Of a stretch of DNA of 64,000 nt, positions 48,488-61,624 are shown in pieces. The translations under genes were made by a program, and so were the position numbers. Numbering within the stretch: position 1 is the stretch's first letter; each line of letters begins with the position of its first letter. The notes beneath the pieces are model-generated. The model saw only the letters and a list, made by a program, of their open reading frames with translations. It did no database searches and was not told the DNA's origin. Origin of the DNA: Heteronotia binoei (Eukaryota); the NCBI RefSeq assembly GCF_032191835.1, contig NC_083243.1, forward strand, positions 144,026,001-144,090,000. Direction: 5' to 3'.

Positions 48488-48499
48488 GGCTACTCAAAA

Positions 48500-48934
48500 T
48501 GTCAAGTCTGATGTTTCAATAACGAGATCTTCTTGATAAAAAAGTTTCTAGTTTATTGTAACATGTTGCAAGACTGTAGAAGCAGATTGAGAGACTGGCA
48601 AGCATACACAAAGAGCAAACATTTAAGGTATACATCAAAAGGATTCCTTAGGGGGGGCACTCTATGCAGGGCACATTCACACATTATTGTTGCTTTATCA
48701 TTCTCAAGCTTTGGCTGGCCTTGGGCGCTTCCTTAGCACCGGCTATCTCTGAGAAGGCACCATAATCTTGTTCCCATATTCCCATTTCCAAGCATTGCTA
48801 CATAACAAAGTAAGGGAGGGGGGAAGGAGAGTTTAAGCTAGCAGTATCTGAATACAGAATGGTTTTTACCCAGGATCCTTTTCCTGAACCAGAGTTTGTG
48901 ACTAAACTAATTAAGCATTACAGCAGACTTGACA
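48500..48934 (-). repeat. 5' LTR
   Basis: Same evidence as the 3' LTR. Confidence 0.97.
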
Positions 48935-50675
48935 CATATGGCAAATCGATTATGAAGCATTTCACTTCTGTTGTACAGGAAAGAAGCTCTCCTCTGTATG
49001 AGCTTTGGAAAATGAACACAAATTAAACTGAAGTGTACAAAAGTTTAAGGTAACAATGAATACAAACAGGAAAAAAAGATACAATCAAAGATTGCCTTCT
49101 ACGTCTCATTTCTCGCAAACCCAAGCCAAAGTAAACCAAAACACATTAAATGTGTAAGCATATATCATAAATAAAATATAAGCTCACAGTCAAGAAATAG
49201 TCAACATTCTCTTCTTGATCATCCTTATACTTGGGTACCAAAGCCAAAGAAAAAGGTATTGCTTAATGTTAATAGAGCTTAAGCATTGACAGTCAAATCT
49301 TTGATGAGTTTTAAATTGATAGTCTTCTGTAAATCCACTGGCACTGATATTCACACACATTAAAAAAAAGCCTCAAGGTTATCATGGTGGTACTTTATAT
49401 GTAAAATATATACTACATAAATATATAATTTTTTTAGAAGTTTTGTGCAAATTCATAAAGAAAAAGGGAACAATGGATATACTTCAGAAACTGTAAACGT
49501 TCTGTCTCTCCAAACCTTTTCCAAAGTACCATAAGGTGGCAGTGTTGCTTTTCTATCTATATTTGGATTGCAGAACGATGGTGAAGCATAGAGGACTAAA
49601 TTTTTAATGGTTATTAGAGGACTCAATATTTTTATATAAGATGAATTTCTCCTGATGTGATCTGTATTGTACAGTTGCTTTATCTGTGAATAATTTAAAT
49701 TTCAAAGTAAAAACGGAGAAATATCCTAATGAAATACTATCTACGTTGTACTTACTCTGTCTAGTCCTATATTCCAATATTCTAATAACCCTCCAAGAAT
49801 GACCTGCATTTTACTGACTGGTAGATTTTGTTGTGTGCAGCTTACCAAAGGAGGGTTTGAATGAAAGGAAAATTTTACTAGTGAAGGGAAAAAAAACAAG
49901 TTTAGCAGTGTTCTTAAGCATGAACCACTCTGTGGTTCTTATGTATTTTAATTTACTGGCTTCTGCGACTCATTATAACCTGAAAAATCTTTGCAAAACT
50001 GGATAAATCAGGTTGCACATAAATCACAATGTAAATATGGCTTGGAGCCATATTTGAACAAACCATTTCAATATACTAAAAAGAAATTTAGAAGTATGAC
50101 TTTAAAAATGTTGTGTGAGGCTGCTCTGAGTTCCAAATACTTCTCCCAATACACTTGAAAGTTGGCTGTCCACAATCCAATAAGAAACAGGGCTTTCCCC
50201 CCTATCAAATATTGCATATACAGCCGTTCCTAACACAGAACTCAATTCTGATTACAACTTGGCTATCATTATATACTTCTTCCAGTGGCCCTTTCAGATC
50301 TCACATCTATTTAAGAATCATCCACCTTGTAACAGCATTATTTCTGAAACAGACATGACACAGCTTGAAGCCTATGAGATGTAGAGTCCTATTTCCTAAG
50401 CTCAACCTGAATAGAAAGATAATCAGTTCTCCCAGGCCACGGCCACACTCACCATTAAATCCCTCCCTAACCCGTCACTATTATACCTCGCAGCTTTTTT
50501 ACAACGAATTTCCTGATTAGACATCCCTCCATCCTTCAGTTCTAAGCAGCGTTGGTCCTGTTGCTGGTTGATCAGAGGTCTCAACCGGACCTCATTTTTT
50601 GAGATGGCATTCCATACTCGCGCAAGCGCAGTACGTGGGATAATGTGCTTGGCTTTTTTTTTTAAGGTGCAAGAA

Positions 50676-51236
50676 AAGGTGGGCGATCTGCCCCCCCCCA
50701 TTTAAACACCCAGAAAGGAAGGGGAAGCTCAGGAGCTCTCTTTGCTGTCTCTCCGCCTGGCGGGGAGACAGCAAAGGTGGGTGATCTTCCTCCCCCGCCC
50801 ATTTAAACACCCCAATGTGGTGTTTAAATGGGGGGGAGCACAGCAACTCTCTTTGCTGTCTCTCCGCCTGGCGGGGAGACAGCAAAGGTGGGGGATCTTC
50901 CTCCACCCCCATTTAAACACCCCGCCATGGTGTTTAAATGGGCGGGGGAGCACAGCAACTCTCTTTGCTGTCTCTCCCCCCGCCATGGTGTTTAAATGGG
51001 GGGGAGCACGGCAACTCTCTTTGCTGTCTCTCCTTTTGGCAGGGAGACAGCAAAGGTGGGTGATCTTCCTCCCCCCCCATTTAAACACCCCGCCGTGGTG
51101 TTTAAATGGGGGGGAGCATGGCAACTCTCTTTGCTGTCGCTCTGCCTGGTGGGGAGATGGCAAAGGTGGGTCATTTTCCTCCCCTGGCAGGGAGACAGCA
51201 AAGGTGGGCGATCTGCCTCCCCCCCCCCCCCATTTA
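50676..51236. repeat. GC-rich minisatellite, about 111-bp unit, about 5 copies, each unit with two palindromes
   Basis: Unit anchors CTCTTTGCTG at 50738, 50849, 50961, 51017 (half unit) and 51127. Confidence 0.9.
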
Positions 51237-51425
51237 GGAAAGGTCCCCTGTGCAAGCACCAGCCGTTTTTGACTCTGGGGTGACACTGCTTTCACAAAGT
51301 TTTCATGGCAGACCTTTTACGGGGTGGTTTGCCATTGCCTTCCCCAGTCATCTATACTCCCCCCCACCCCCAGCAAGCTGGGTACATATTTTACTGACCT
51401 CGGAAGGTTGGAAGGCTGACTCAAC
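51236..51425 (-). mobile_element. Sauria SINE, 5'-truncated
   Basis: GGTCCCCTGTGCAAGCACCAG...CTCTGGGGTGAC...GGTGGTTTGCCATTGCCTTCCCCAGTCATCTA. Confidence 0.85.
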
Positions 51426-52312
51426 AATTGCTGGCGCATTGATATCATTTGGAGTGGGCTCTCACAGGGAAGCAGATGTGCGCTTGCGACGAGTCGGCTA
51501 CAATGAAGCGTTCAAACATAGAAAGTACACGCAGGAGTTGTCGGAAGCATTCTTATTCCAGGTTTAATGTACTATCAAAAAAGTCCATGTCTCAGTCGTG
51601 GCAGTTCAGGACACGAATGAGCCAACGACCATTGCCAGATGTTGATGTTTGGACAACCGCATAAAATCCGACATGCATCTGGCTTTCATCCATGCCCATC
51701 TCAGCAGTTTATGTGCGTCTGACCTCGGCCCTGGACCAGTTAAGGATATGTGCACCACCAATGTCTTTTTACAAGGTGTTTGTGCCCTGCACTTCATGTT
51801 ATGTTTGTGCAATGCACTTCAGTTATCTTTGAGATAAGTTTCTTCATAAACAAGATCAGGTTTATTATTTATTTCATACTTTTTCTTTCTTAAGAGCTCA
51901 GGCGGAGTAGTAGTTCTCCTCTCCATTTTAATCTAATACCAACCCTGTGAGGTAAGTTAGACTGAGGGTAAACGACTAATTCAAGGTCACCCAGTGAGTT
52001 TCATGGCATCATTTCCCCAGTTCTAACCCAACACTCTAAAGCAGAGATACAGGTGGCAAATTTATTAGCTAGAGATTTAGATATGTACATTTTTTTGAAA
52101 AAAATATTTTCAAAATGTATATCCCATTTTTCTGTACCCACAAGGGCCACCAAGTTGGTGAACAATTTACAACATCAAATCACATTTTAAAACTAATTAA
52201 AACCAAACCCCTCCTCACAAAAAACCTACATCATTAAAACAATTTAAAACAGAGCTTAAAACGTGTGTGCTGTCAAATCACATCTGACTTATAGCAACCC
52301 TATGAATAAATG

Positions 52313-52460
52313 CAGGGGTTATTTTGTAGAAAAATAGGTGGTGGAGCTCCTCCAGGGATTGTTAAGCAGCTGCAGATATTATTCAATGGACAAGGAGGTA
52401 GAACTCTCAGAAAGGTTCAGGAGCTGTGCTCCTGTGAGCTCCCACTGAATCAGAGGCCTG
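52313..52460 (+). mobile_element. Same MITE family, partial
   Basis: CAGGGGTTATTTTGTAGAAAAATAGGTGGTGGAGCTC... Confidence 0.65.
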
Positions 52461-53152
52461 AATAAATGACCATAAAGAAAATTGGTTCCCTAAAATTCTT
52501 GCCCATTTTGAAACGTTCAGGCTTGAAATGCAGCCTGTTTTTGGGTTCGCAGAGTTCAGAAACACAGAAAGGCAGAGCAAGCTGACTTTGTTGTTCTTAG
52601 ATAACATTCCAGCTGCAATAAGTTGAGTGCCTAGCACTGACCCCCAGTTAACCACATTCCATCTAATTCAGGCTCATGATTTGCATCTCTGGGAAAGGGG
52701 CCAAGATTAGCTGCATATAAGTTTCATTTCCTTTCGTCATGATAGACCACCTCATAGGTCTTATGCCCTGCTTACATCACCACCCAGGGATCCCACTGGT
52801 CATTCAGGGCTAAGACCATTGAACCTTTTGGCATAAAGAAGTTTGTAGCCTATTGTTGGCCTGATGGTGACAATTTGATACATCACCATGCAGTCAGTGT
52901 CTTGCTCACTGCAGCCATCTTGAAAGCTTGCTTGTACAAGCAGCTTGCTGGCCTACGCTAAGTCTGGAGAGAGACACATTGACTTGCTGAGACTGGGTAA
53001 TATCTGGTAATTTGGAATCATTACTGTTTTAGTTGGTTCTTTAATTCTTAGCTTTTATCCTCATTGTTCTTGTTCCTTTTGAAATATTCTTGCACCTTAA
53101 TAAATATATTTAATTTACTTTCATGGTTATTTGCCTTAAACTAACCTCAATC

Positions 53153-53278
53153 AAGTGTAGATGACTGGGGAAGGCAATGGCAAACCACCCCATTAAAAAA
53201 GTCTGCCATGAAAATGTGACACATCACCCCAGAGTTAGAAACGACTGGTGCTTGCACAGGGGGACTACCTTTACCTTT
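53153..53278 (+). mobile_element. Sauria SINE 3' part with TSD
   Basis: (ACCTTT)n tail; 11-bp TSD TAACCTCAATC at 53142-53152 and 53279-53289. Confidence 0.88.
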
Positions 53279-53574
53279 TAACCTCAATCCAAGTCCAGCA
53301 ATTTAGGCTGGGTGACCACCTAACCAGGATAATTGCTTTTGAGAGAAATTTGTTCTTCAAGCCTACCTTGCAAGGCTGACTTTCTGGTTTAGTCCCAGAA
53401 AGGTTAGAAGCTTTCCCTTTGGCTTCTAATGGTATTGTCAAAAGGGCTGTTAGCAGCATACCAGACTGGTGTGTGAGGAATCACACTCCAGGGTGGGTTG
53501 AAATTTTGTCTGCTGCAGCCCTTCAAACACAGATCCTGGGCCCTGGCCTGGACAGAGCGTCTTCAACAATAACC

Positions 53575-55860
53575 TCCAAATAGCCTTGTTCAGGTCTTAT
53601 GGGCTGTGGCTTCCTTGAATGAGTCAGTTCATCTCAGGTTGGATCTGCCTCTTTTCTTCCTGTCTCTGAATTTGTCTAGCATTATTGTCTTTTCCAGTGC
53701 CACATCTTCTCATAATCTGACTGAAGCATGATAGCCTCAATTTAGTCATGTTAGCTTCTAGGGAGAGTTCAGGCTTGATTTGATCTAGAACCTACTTCTT
53801 AATCTTTTTGGCCGTCCACAATTTCCATAAAACTCTCCTGCAACACTACATTCAAAGAAATCTACTTTCTTCCTGTTAGCTTTCTTCATTGTCCAACATT
53901 CACATCCATATACATAGTAATGGGTAATACTATGGTATGAATTATAATCTTGGGTGCCAGAGATACATCCTTACATTTAAGGATCTTTTCTAGCTTCTTC
54001 ATTGCTACCCTTCCCAGTCCCAGTCTCCTTATTTCTTCATTGTACTCTCCCTTTTGGTTGATTGTAGAAAACACTTTCAGTTTCTTTACTGTCAACTTTA
54101 AAATTGTGTGTTTCCTCAGTAGTCAATTTTTTTGTCTTCTTGATGTTCAACTGCAATTCTGCTTTGACGCTTTCTGCTTTAACCCTCAACAGTAGTCATT
54201 TCAAGTCTTCATTGTTTTCAGCCACTAATGTGGTGTCATCTTCATATTTTAAATTGTTAATGTTATTCACCTATTTTCACTCCATCTTTATGGAACTCTA
54301 ACCCAGTTTTCCTCATGATGTGTTCTGCATATAGATTGAATGGGCACAGAGCAGGACCGGATCTACATGTTTTTTGAGGGGGGGCAAAATTAAGAAATGA
54401 TGCCCCCTTATGAGCCATTCTTTCTCATGGTCCCATACAATACAATGGACTCCATACCCAATTTGGTGCCCCCCTCCCTTGGCACCTGGGGCAAGCACCC
54501 CCCTCTGCCACCCCCCAGATCCGGTCCTGGCACGGAGATAAAGTACATCCTTGTTTGACCCCTTTGCACCAACTGGAAACCATTCTGTTTCTCCATATTT
54601 TGTCCTAACAGTAGCCTCTTGTCCAGAGTACAAAACAATCAGATGCTGTGGTACACTCATTTCTTTTTAAACCGACCATAGCTTTTCATGACCTACAGAT
54701 TCAAAAGCTTTGTGGTAATCTATGAAACACAGGCTGATTTTCTTCTGAAATTCTCTCCTATGCTCCAGTAACCAGGGCAAATTTGCAATATGACCTCTAG
54801 TGCCTCTTCTTTTTCTGAATCTAGCTTGCTTATCTTGCATTTCTCATTTCATAAATCATAGCCCTCATTCTTGTATGATTTTGAGCATCATTTTCCTTGT
54901 GAGAAATTAGTGTGATGTTCTGAGTTGCTGCAGTCTTCAGTTTCTCTTTTTTAAAAATTGGAATGTAGACTGAGCATTTCCAAACTGTGTGCCACTGTTT
55001 TGTTTTTATATTTGTTGGCATTTTCTTGTCAAGATTTTTATGGATTCCATTTTCTGTGGCTTGGAATAGCTCTATCAGTATCCATCTACTCCTGGTTTCT
55101 CCCAGTTGTTTTTATTTCAGTTTCTAAAATTGCAAGTTCCTCTTCAAAATATTATTCTAGTAAAGGAACTGCCCATCCTTTTATCTCTTTTGCACAGTTC
55201 TTCAGTATATTGTTTCCATCTTCTCTTTATTTTTCCTACTCAGTTAATATATTTTTGTGCTGATTTTTCAGCTTGCTTGGTGCTTTAAAATTCCCTTTGA
55301 TTTCTTTGATCTTGTGGAACAAATCCTCATTCTTCCTTTTTTGTTGTTCTCTTTTATTTCTTTACACTGGTTATTATAATTGTTCTCTATGTCTCTATGT
55401 ACAAGTCATTGGAACACTGCATTTAGACCTCATTCTATTTCTGTCTCCTTTTACTTTTGCTTCTTGTTTATCATTAGCAATTTTAAGAATTTCATCAGTC
55501 ATCCAATGAGGATTTTCATTTCTTGATAATATCTCTGGTTTCAATCCATAGTTCTTCTGACTAAAAATGTCCCAATCCAGTCCACTTTCATTCACTCACT
55601 CCCAGGATTGCAATGTTTCTCATTTTATGATTTTGAATTTACCATGATTCATATGTTCCATATTCCTATTACATGTGCCAAACAGCTGTGGACTTTCCTT
55701 TTGTATCAATTCACATCAACAACTGAACATCCTTTCTGCTTGAGTCCAGTTTCATCATTAAGAACAGCACTACTCATACTTGTCCTCAGACCCAAGTAGC
55801 TGATTGACAGTCATCTGACCTCAGGAACTGTATTCCACTACTATATCTTCTTTCATTTTG
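53575..55860 (-). mobile_element. RTE (BovB-like) LINE fragment, decayed
   Basis: WKCSVYIPIFKK...ITLISH, EIRRLGLGRVAMKKLEKILKCKDVSL and RKRGR...W.DS.KEAT-like ends; many indels. Confidence 0.85.
54352..54529. mobile_element. hAT-type MITE, second copy, inserted into the RTE
   Basis: TIR CAGGACCGGATCT / AGATCCGGTCCTG; TSD GCACAGAG / GCACGGAG; similar to 40374-40559. Confidence 0.88.
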
Positions 55861-56199
55861 GATAGTCTCATTTTAAGATTTTTTATATAAGAGATGATCA
55901 GAAATGGTTTACCATTGCCTTCTTCTGTGCAGTACAACCAGGGTTAGCTGAAGTGGCACTGTCATTGTCTAGGAAAGATCCTCTGCCAGTGTCACCTTCC
56001 ACTACAGCTGCTGCACAGTAGCTACTCTTCAAGGATTCCTCCATCCCCATCACCACTGGAATTGGCCATTCTCTTCTGCTGATGTGGTCATTGAGCCCTG
56101 AAGAGAGTGGATTCCTCTTAGCTTTGACCATTCCACCTTGAGTGTCTCTGCTAGTTTAGTCTCTTAACAGAGTCTACTCCTTACAGTATTGCTCTCAGC

Positions 56200-59100
56200 T
56201 CTGCTGACAGACACAGACCCCCCTCATCACATTAAGGTGCATGTCCAAGACAACAACAAAGATATAAATAAAGATTCACCTTCCCCAGAGACATTTTGGT
56301 GCGGCTGACTAACTCTCAAGCCAAAGCAAAGATAATTACTCTTACACACACTAAAGAAACCCTGCTACTTCAAAATCACAAGGTGCAAATACTACGAGAT
56401 CTTTCAGCTGAAACACTTCAGAGAAGGAAAATTCTGAAGCCTATTGTTACTGCTTTAAATGATGCACAAATAAAATTCCGCTGGTCTGCTTATTGCAAAC
56501 TCCAAGTAACTCTTCAGGACCATACCTACCATGCCTCTGATTTGGATTCCGGAGTGCAGCTTCTCAAAGACTTGAATTTACCAGTGCCTCCAGACCTTCT
56601 GCATGAGGAAAATGCTGATCTGACTCATCCTATGCCTTCTAGATGGAACAGAGTTCCTGGGAAACATTACAGAGACAAACGCTCTTACCCACAATGATTT
56701 TATTTCCTAGATTTTCAACACTACACTTGTTAATCACTGTTTGACTTTTATGGTGGTGACTGTCTTCTTTAACTTTCACACTGAGCGTTTAAGGGGGGGG
56801 GGGAAGAGGGGCGGTGATGGGATCTGTTTCCTTATGGATTTCTCCCTTTTATCTCTCTATTTTCTTCTGTCTTTCTCCTACCCTGCCTCTCTCTCCTCCC
56901 CCTTTTTCTTCTTTTCTTAATCTTGGGGGGGGGGGTATTTAGCCATCGGGGAGGGGGTTGGAGCTTCCAGTTTTTAGCTCCTTAATTGGTTTCATCATCT
57001 ATGTTAAACTATAGTATTTTTTTATGTAAGACCCATATAATCGGTTACTGTTGACATAGGTGTGTTTTAACCTCATAGTTATCCATTTTGAGATATTCTC
57101 TATTTAAAGAGAAAGCAGAGCTCACAAGTTAGCTCTGCATTTTATTTTAAAAATGTTTGTTTTCTTCATTGTTCTCTTAGTTCACCTTTTCTGCAGCAGA
57201 ATCATCAGCAACTTGTATTTGGTAATGTTTGATATTATTCAAATGGGGAAACCTTACACTATGTATATTCCCATTAGTATTCTAGTTGTGCCTACTATAA
57301 ACCTAGTTCAGACTATCATTATTCCCTTTTTTCGTGCTATATTAAGAAGGTTCATTCTCATAGTTTGCTATAAATATGACTCTACCTCAACTTAAATTAC
57401 TTTCTTTTAATTGCTGAGGCCTCAACAATTTGATTAAGGAAAAAAGGGTTATGACTGCCATCCTCCAGCAAAAACCTGATGTTGTTATGCTACAAGAAAT
57501 CCACCTGAAAAATTCATATTCAAAGGTATTTAATTCACCTTTTTTTACACATCAGTTTCAAGCTCAAGTCTCCTCCAAGGCGAGGGGTGTAGCAATTCTG
57601 ATTAGTAAGTCAGTTAGATTCAACTTGGAAAGCATACAAACTGGCCCATGGGAAGATTTCTTTTTTTGAATGGTTCTCTAAATGGGCGCAAATTAACTTT
57701 ATCCTCTATTTAAGGATAAAAAAAATCAATTGGATTTCATAGATAATACCTTAACAGAATTGGATCATTTCCACTCTGGTCCTATCATTATTGGAGGCGA
57801 CTTAAATTACGTAATTAATCCCTTCCTAGATAAATCTAGTGCACCTCCACAAGCACATAAACAATCTCAGAACAGTAAGGCTGTTACCAAACTAACCAAC
57901 ATACTAGCCAACCATAAGCTCTGTGATATCTGGAGAACTAAACACACACTGAAAAAGACTTTACTTATTTTTCCCCACACCACTCAGTTCACACTAGAAT
58001 AGACTATTTTTTAGTCTCTAACTCAATTCGTGATTCCATCCTAAAAGTTAACATAGGCCCAAAAATATGGTCCAACCACTCCTGGCTAGAGTGTTCTCTT
58101 GTGGACAATGAGAAAAGCTCCTGCAGCTACAACTGGAAGCTGAATAACTATGAAATCAATCACAGACACTTTGGAATCTGATATTAATGAATACTTTAAT
58201 ATAAACTCTCACTGTGGAACCTCAAAACAGATAATATAGGATGCCTTCAAAGCTGTCCTTCGAGGCAAACTTATAGCCATTGCCTCTACCTATAAAAGAG
58301 AACAACACAAATTACGTTCAGAACTATTTGCTATCTAAATTGGAAGATGAGCACAAAAATTCTGGAAGTAAAAAAACTTATGGCCCAAACTTTCTTCAAG
58401 CTATTCGGGCTTTATATAGTTCTCCTAAAGCTATTATCTCTATTAATAACCATGACTCTGAAGAATTTGAGTTGTGCAGAGGTACAAGACAGGGCTGTCC
58501 CCTTTCCCCTGTACTGTTTGCCCTTGCCATTGAACCCCTGGCAAATGCTATACATCATGATCCCCTTATTCCTGGAATCTCTTTTAAAGATCATTCTACA
58601 AAACTTTCATTATTTGCAGACGATCTAGTTATTTTTACCACACACCCAGAACACTCTCTTCAGGCAATTTCAAATCAGCTACACCATTTCTCTTTAGTTT
58701 CGGGCCTTAAAGTTAATCCATCCAAATCTGTCTTGTACCCTATCAAATCTGTCTTGTACCCTAAGCAGCACCAGGAATACACTCATTTGCATTTTGACTG
58801 TAAGTGGCCAGCTAAATATTGTACCTATCCAGGCGTGAACATCCCTGTAAATCTTGGTGAACTATTTAAATATACAATCATCGTTTTCTAAACAAATCCA
58901 TAATATCACTCCAGCAAAACAAATCTTCTAACTTTACCCCTTGGATAGAAAAAATTCAAATATTAAAATCCTTCATTTTTCCTAAATTTCTATTTTTATT
59001 TAGAGCCCTTCCAATCCTTATCCCAGCAGATCTCTTTACAACCTGGAAGCATTCTTTTATTTCCTACATCTGGAATAAGAAATCACCTAGAATTAGTTGT

Positions 59101-60500
59101 AGCACCCTGATTCACCCTTCAGATCAAGGAAGACTCGCCCTTCCGGATCTCAAACGGTACTATGAAGCAGCTATTTTATCTGGCCTTCTCAAACAATACA
59201 ATTCAAATTTTAAATCAGACTGGAAACTAATTGAACATGACTATTTAGATAATAAATCTTTTCAAAGTATTCTTTGGGAAACACCAAGTAAGAGACCACA
59301 CAATTCCTTAAACAACCCTTTTCTAAAAGCCTCCGTATCCATTTGGGACAAACTAAAGCCTCACCTTGCACCTAAGGTTTCACCTGTCTCTCACTTTCTC
59401 ACCCAATCGTGGTTTCAACCTGGTTTTTCTACAAACTCCTTTCATATCTGGAAATCTTTCAACCTAGTAAGTTTTCCTGACATACTTTCAGATGGTAAGC
59501 TCCTGGGAAAAAGCCAGTTAGAAGACAAAATTCACCACCCCCTTAATTGGTTTGAATATCTACAGGTAAAACACCTTATTGATCAGGTATCAAAATCTCA
59601 TAATTTAGCTAGGCCTCTTACTTTTTTTGAACAATTCCTATCTAAGCCACCTGCTACATTCAAAGGCTTAGTCTCCTTCTTATACAAAGGCTTAATTCTT
59701 GTAGGCTGCACACACCCTCCCTCTTATCAGTGCCCATGGCATTTAGACTGTAAAACACAATTTACCAATGATCAGTGGCATCATATCCTGTCTTCTCACT
59801 CATACACCTCTTCCTCCTAAAATATTCAAAGACTAAGGTGGTACATAACACCCAAAAAATTATTGAGGTGGTACATAACACCCAAAATTATTGAGGTGGT
59901 ACATAACACCCCCAAAATTACACCATATATCATCAGAACATCCTCCCTGTTGTTGGAAAGGTTGTGGGAGGGAGGCAGACTTCTTACATTGCTGGTGGCA
60001 CTGTAAATTTGTTAAAGAATTCTGGATTTCAGTTGTATCACATATCAAAACTATCACTGGTCACACCATCCCATTTACTCCTGAAGTGATATTATTAGAC
60101 CTGTGACCTGATTTAATAATTTCACAGCTTAGCAAATCTTTAATTTCAACTTTACTTATGGCTGCCAAAATGGTCATAGCTAAGACCTCTAGTCCGTTAT
60201 ATCTTAAATTTTGGTACTCAACAATATGGAAATTTTATTCCATAGACAAAATCTCTATGACCCCTTTAAATAGATCTAATACTCCTAGGAACTTATTGCT
60301 CAAGTAGCTACCTTTCCTTGAGTCATCTTTTTCTCAACACCTGCTGCTAGATCCTATAACCCATCTCAACTATATGATGTTATTAATTTTATGTAAGGTA
60401 TGCTATTTTGACTATCATTTATACACTTTAATAACTTTTAAATTACTTTTAAATAATTTAACTTTGTAATCCAGAAAGTATTGGATTTCATTGTTATTAT
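56200..60500 (+). mobile_element. Decayed L1 (ORF1 C-terminal half, long spacer, broken ORF2), related to the intact L1
   Basis: ORF1 DLSAETLQRRK..KFRWS. ORF2 ATG at 57376 (LKLLSFNC*GLNN), QEIH, GGDLN, RQGCPLSP, FADD and CWKGCG...HCWWHC. An internal deletion of about 0.8 kb joins ...SKKT to YGPNF near 58380. Confidence 0.92.
59836..59920 (+). repeat. Triplicated about 29-bp unit inside the decayed L1 ORF2
   Basis: AGGTGGTACATAACACCC(C)AAAA..TTA at 59836, 59866 and 59894. Confidence 0.85.
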
Positions 60501-60557
60501 GTTTTTCATATACATTGGTATCACTGCTGCTGACAAATGTTTGTTTGTTGTTGTTAT

Positions 60558-61331
60558 AAATAATAATAATAATAATAATAACTTTTATTTCTATCCCGCC
60601 CTCCCCGCCTAGGCGGCTCAGGGCGGCTAACAACAACTTACACATTAACATAAATAAAACTTTAAATTTAACAATTAAAATTAAACATAAAAACCAGTCA
60701 GTTAAATTAAAATACATGATTTTCATTAGACTAAATATATATGAGTATATCTGGCAGCGATAGAGCTGTTATGGCGCTGGTTCTGCCAGTTTAGGTAGTC
60801 TTATGGATGGCGGTTCTTACACCAAGCAACTCAGCAGTCAGTGTCATTATAGGCTTGCCTAAAAAGGGCGGTCTTGCAGGCCCTGCGGAACTGGCCGAGG
60901 TCCCGCAGGGCCCGCACCTCCTCCGGAAGCTGGTTCCACAATGCCGGTGCAGCCGCTGAAAAGGCCCGTACTCTAGTATGTTGGAGTTTGACCTCTCTCG
61001 GCCCAGGGATGGTCATTTTGTTTTTACCCACTGACCTCAGTGCCCTCTGGGGTTCATATGGGGAGAGACGGTCCCTTAGGTAGGCTGGTCCTCGGCCATA
61101 TAGGGCTTTAAAGGTGATAACCAACACTTTGTACTGGACTCGGTAGATAATTGGTAGCCAGTGCAGTCCGCGCAGCCCCGGCCGTATGTGCTCCCATTTC
61201 GAGAGCCCTAACAGTAGCCTGGCCGACGCGTTCTGCACCAGCTGTAACTTCCGAGTCCGGCACAGAGGTAGCCCCAGGTAGAGGGCATTACAGTAGTCCA
61301 ATCTTGAGGTGACCGTTGCATGGATCACTGT
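60558..61331 (-). mobile_element. Young L2 LINE 3' fragment
   Basis: ORF 60831-61328 (TSRLDYCNALYLGLP...YKVLVITFKAL), CpG-rich, with a (TTA)n tail. Confidence 0.92.
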
Positions 61332-61624
61332 TATATTTATATAAAGTTATATTTAAATAAAATTTAATTAAAATTTTAAAAAGAAGGTTTTGTGTGTGTG
61401 TTTCATCTTGCCAAACATTTGACACTCTCCGCTACAGCAACATACAGGGTCATGCTCTTTCTTCAGTTGCTCCTCTGTGAGGACAACCCATAATCCTCTG
61501 TCCTTTGAACAAGAGGACCTTTACTATCAATCATTTTCCAGTAGGTGCTACTCAACTGATGTTGCTCAGGATAGTGGCACATGCATGCAACCCTATACAT
61601 GTTTATTCTGCTGTGAAAATCAGG

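Larger units (their letters stand above)
44362..48934 (-). mobile_element. Ty3/Gypsy (sushi-like) LTR retrotransposon, two-LTR provirus, defective
   Basis: TSD CATAT at 44357-44361 and 48935-48939; LTRs 434 and 435 bp; domain order gag-PR-RT-RH-IN; PPT next to the left LTR. Confidence 0.97.

Noticed and set aside
49756-49877. Two strongly flanked micro-exon candidates
   Set aside because: They would need a 42-nt intron, too short for a vertebrate, so at most one is real. This illustrates the false-positive rate of by-eye exon calling.
50676-51236. CRISPR-like appearance (palindromic repeats)
   Set aside because: No unique spacers, no cas genes, and a vertebrate context.
50592-51295. Several 87-188-aa repetitive ORFs
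   Set aside because: Products of the GC-rich minisatellite on both strands.
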